A stretch of DNA of 20,697 nt from Campylobacterota bacterium. GTDB lineage: Bacteria > Campylobacterota > Campylobacteria > Campylobacterales > Sulfurovaceae. Positions 18,195 to 20,697 of this stretch are shown here, piece after piece (the stretch's first letter is position 1; every line of letters starts with the position of its first letter). Below the pieces are notes generated by a model, which saw only the letters and a list, made by a program, of their open reading frames with translations, was not told where the DNA came from and did not search any database. The position numbers and the translations under genes were made by a program. The DNA lies in the NCBI GenBank assembly GCA_034722955.1, contig JAYEOM010000096.1, positions 1-20,697 of the forward strand, in the 5' to 3' direction.

Positions 18195-19019
18195 ATGACA
18201 ACAGCAGAGAGTTTTCATAGAGCCAAAGAGCTTCTGTTAGAAGCTGATGCCCTGTTCATCACAGCTGGCGCTGGCATGGGAGTCGATAGTGGTCTGCCAG
18301 ATTTTCGTGGGACTGAGGGTTTTTGGAGTGCTTACCCCAAGACGAGAGAGCTCGGACTCAGCTTTGAAGAGATGGCAAATCCTGAGTGGTTTGATAGCGA
18401 TCCTCATTTAGCTTGGGCATTTTATGGTCACCGTCTCCATCTATATCGTGACACTATACCACACTCTGGGTTTCAAAAACTCCTAGAGTTGTCAAGAGAT
18501 AAAAGATATAACTCCTTTATATTTACCTCCAATGTCGATGGGCAGTTCCAAAAGGCAGGTTTCGATGAGAGTAGGGTGATGGAGTGTCATGGCTCTATCC
18601 ATCACCTACAGTGTATCTGTGACTGTCAGAGAGATATATGGAGTGGGGATAGAACAGTTGTAGATATAAGTAGAGATTTTATGGCGAGAGACCCACTCCC
18701 GAAATGTCCTCACTGTGGAGCTATAGCAAGACCCAATATCTTGATGTTTGGTGACTATGGATGGAACTATAGCCGCACAAATACTCAGAGAGATCGATTG
18801 ACTAGATGGATAGATAGGGTAGAGGCAGATGGTGCAGAGTTAGCGATCATCGAGATGGGAGCAGGTAGTGCTATACCGACGGTTAGAAATAGTAGTGAAC
18901 GCATCTCTAAACGCTTTGATACTCCATTGATTCGTATCAATCCTAGAGAGAGTCAAGGAGCCAAGATCAGTATACCACTGGGTGCTGCAGAAGCTTTGGA
19001 GAGGATGTTTGAGGAGTAG
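18195..19019 (+). CDS. Sir2-family NAD-dependent protein deacylase
   Basis: GAGMGVDSGLPDFRG, TSNVDG, catalytic HGS, Zn-binding CICDC/CPHC, RPNILMFGD, GAGSAIPTVR and INP. Confidence 0.93.
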   Translation: MTTAESFHRAKELLLEADALFITAGAGMGVDSGLPDFRGTEGFWSAYPKTRELGLSFEEMANPEWFDSDPHLAWAFYGHRLHLYRDTIPHSGFQKLLELSRDKRYNSFIFTSNVDGQFQKAGFDESRVMECHGSIHHLQCICDCQRDIWSGDRTVVDISRDFMARDPLPKCPHCGAIARPNILMFGDYGWNYSRTNTQRDRLTRWIDRVEADGAELAIIEMGAGSAIPTVRNSSERISKRFDTPLIRINPRESQGAKISIPLGAAEALERMFEE

Positions 19020-19021
19020 GG

Positions 19022-19597
19022 GTGCGTTGTTTCTCTTGTTATAGATTTAGTCGCAAGTCACTCTGTCCTCGCTGTAGAGATCAACTCTTTGCACCCACTA
19101 TCAAAGAGCGTCAGGTCGGCTCACTAAAAGTGATCAGTTTTTACCGATACAGTACGATCGAGTCACTACTGCTGCACAAACATAAACCCGAAGGTTATCG
19201 TATCTTTAGAGATCTCTCCGAGATGACAATGCAGCCTTTTATCCGAAGATTTATCCAAGAAGACCCCTCTCCCATATCGATCATAGGTATCGATGAGCGT
19301 ATCAAAAATGGGTACTCGCATGTAGCCTGCATGACACACAAGATGAAGAGCGACAGCACGCAAATCCTACATGCATCTCTGTTGTCACAAAATAGTGTGA
19401 ACTATGCCGGCAAAACACTGCAATACCGACTAAACAATCCTAGAGACTTCTCCTATACGGGACCTGGAGGTATAGATGTGATTTTGGTAGATGATATCAT
19501 CACGACAGGCATTACACTGCAAGAGGCACAAATGACACTGAAACGCCACAGTGTCAATGTACTATTTGCACTAACCCTAGCAGATGCCCAAGAGTAG
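19022..19597 (+). CDS. comF: ComF/CtsW-family competence protein (Zn ribbon + phosphoribosyltransferase fold)
   Basis: N-terminal CxxC...CxxC (CFSC, CPRC) and PRT motif VILVDDIITTGITL. GTG start after SD GAGGAG. Confidence 0.9.
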   Translation: MRCFSCYRFSRKSLCPRCRDQLFAPTIKERQVGSLKVISFYRYSTIESLLLHKHKPEGYRIFRDLSEMTMQPFIRRFIQEDPSPISIIGIDERIKNGYSHVACMTHKMKSDSTQILHASLLSQNSVNYAGKTLQYRLNNPRDFSYTGPGGIDVILVDDIITTGITLQEAQMTLKRHSVNVLFALTLADAQE

Positions 19598-19604
19598 TCT
19601 GCCC

Positions 19605-19633
19605 TTGACATTCTCTCTAGGGAGTGATATCAT
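19605..19633 (+). promoter_or_regulatory. Near-consensus sigma70 promoter TTGACA-17-TATCAT with extended -10 TG
   Basis: TTGACA at 19605-19610, 17-nt spacer, TG at 19625-19626, TATCAT at 19628-19633. SD AAAGGA at 19652-19657. Confidence 0.8.
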
Positions 19634-19663
19634 ATTAAATCTTAAAGCTAAAAAGGATTAGAG

Positions 19664-20697
19664 ATGGCAGGAACTACAACACAAGTGACAGAGCTATATG
19701 TCGCTACCTTTATGAGGGCACCGGATGCACCGGGTATAGAGTATTGGGTTGCATCATCTTTGAGTATTGAAGAGATCGCACAGAGCTTTTTTGACCAACC
19801 TGAGACACAGGCACTATATGGCGATACGATCACCGACTATACGGCTTTTGTCAATGCGATTTACAATAATATGTTCAATCACGGTCCCGATGAAGTAGGA
19901 TTGGCATATTGGGTTGCTGAACTAGAGAGCGGAAATATCACTCCGGGCAATATGATTTTGGCGATTGCAAATGGTGCATTGGGTACAGACGATCAGATCC
20001 TCACCAATAAGACACTCGTAGGTCTTGACTTTGCAGATAGCGGATTGAGTGATTATGATCAGTCGGTTGAGATCATGGTCGGTATCACCGTCGATCCTGC
20101 AACCGTCGTAGCAGCAGCAGCACAGATCGCGATCTGGGAGAGCGAATTGGGTTCACAATTTTTCACTATAAAGAGAGATACATTGATCGACAAATATGGC
20201 GATGATACCTTCTTTGGTCTTGTGACAGGTGATGCAGCGACAACTACATATCAAGACAATGACTCCGCAGATGGTGGAGATGGTAATGACAGACTGGAGA
20301 TAACCAGTACAGCTGTAGGAGAAGTAACGACGGGGGATACCGAGATATCCAATATCGAAACCCTTCATCTGATCAATCATGGTGGTGAAAAGATGACAGT
20401 AGATACAACTCGTTTTGATGATAAGATCGGAACGATTATCGCAGAGGGAAGTCAGGCTATCACTATAGGTGGAGTAGGAGGGGATGGCTTAAATGCTGTC
20501 GCAAATATAGAACTCTCTATGAATGCTGCCGGCAAAGAGGTAACTCTCCATTATGATGATGCTGCACTCACCAAAGCAGATGCAATGGCTGCTGCCGGCA
20601 CTACGATGAGTGTCACACTGACCAATAGTACCCAGCAGCAATTGAGTGCAAACGGTATAGAAAACTACGCCGTACATACAGGAAGTGGAGTGCAGAG
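19664..20697 (+). CDS. S-layer-like / RTX surface protein with N-terminal DUF4214-type domain (partial, runs off the window)
   Basis: Open frame from ATG 19664 to the window end (344 codons, my translation). Begins MAGTTTQVTELYVATFMRAPDAPGIEYW...IAQSFF...FVNAIYNNMFNHGPDEVGLAYW, contains RTX-like GGDGNDRL, and is T/G/A/D-rich with no signal peptide. Confidence 0.85.
   Translation, partial: MAGTTTQVTELYVATFMRAPDAPGIEYWVASSLSIEEIAQSFFDQPETQALYGDTITDYTAFVNAIYNNMFNHGPDEVGLAYWVAELESGNITPGNMILAIANGALGTDDQILTNKTLVGLDFADSGLSDYDQSVEIMVGITVDPATVVAAAAQIAIWESELGSQFFTIKRDTLIDKYGDDTFFGLVTGDAATTTYQDNDSADGGDGNDRLEITSTAVGEVTTGDTEISNIETLHLINHGGEKMTVDTTRFDDKIGTIIAEGSQAITIGGVGGDGLNAVANIELSMNAAGKEVTLHYDDAALTKADAMAAAGTTMSVTLTNSTQQQLSANGIENYAVHTGSGVQ

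Noticed and set aside
18195..19019. Sir2 as an anti-phage NADase (ThsA/DSR/Sir2-HerA)
   Set aside because: It is a single-domain classical sirtuin with a Zn-binding module and PDFRG motif, host-like composition and no defence partner genes.
2214..20677. Short antisense or alternate-frame ORFs in the track (e.g. 2214-2516, 4914-5237, 13081-13515, 15006-15422, 19648-19833, 20153-20380)
   Set aside because: They lie within well-supported genes, have no recognisable motifs and look like shadow ORFs.
1..20697. CRISPR array, tRNA/rRNA, IS/transposase, integrase or att sites
   Set aside because: I saw no regularly spaced repeats, RNA-gene signatures, recombinase motifs or flanking direct repeats. 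A manual read could miss short or degenerate ones.

Overview
The window looks like chromosomal DNA from a Campylobacterota bacterium (Sulfurovum-like, inferred from protein style, the fused CcsBA and gnTA(T/A)AAT promoters). Positions 1-6305 hold a compositionally foreign, translationally coupled four-gene operon with the architecture of a Wadjet/MksBEFG SMC-nuclease system: kleisin-like, KITE-like, a 1230-aa SMC ATPase with non-canonical ABC motifs, and a compact Toprim nuclease. It is probably transcribed as a leaderless mRNA. The rest is host-like: a lipoprotein and an outer-membrane beta-barrel gene (minus strand), polA with a short tandem-repeat linker, ccsBA, a DUF2062-like gene, prs, lepA, a CopD-like membrane protein, a stand-alone Aer-type PAS protein, a sirtuin and comF. 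The window ends in the first 344 codons of a DUF4214/RTX-type S-layer-like gene that the ORF track misses, preceded by a near-consensus sigma70 promoter. I found no rRNA, tRNA, CRISPR array, transposase or integrase. All family assignments come from motif recognition by eye, not database searches.
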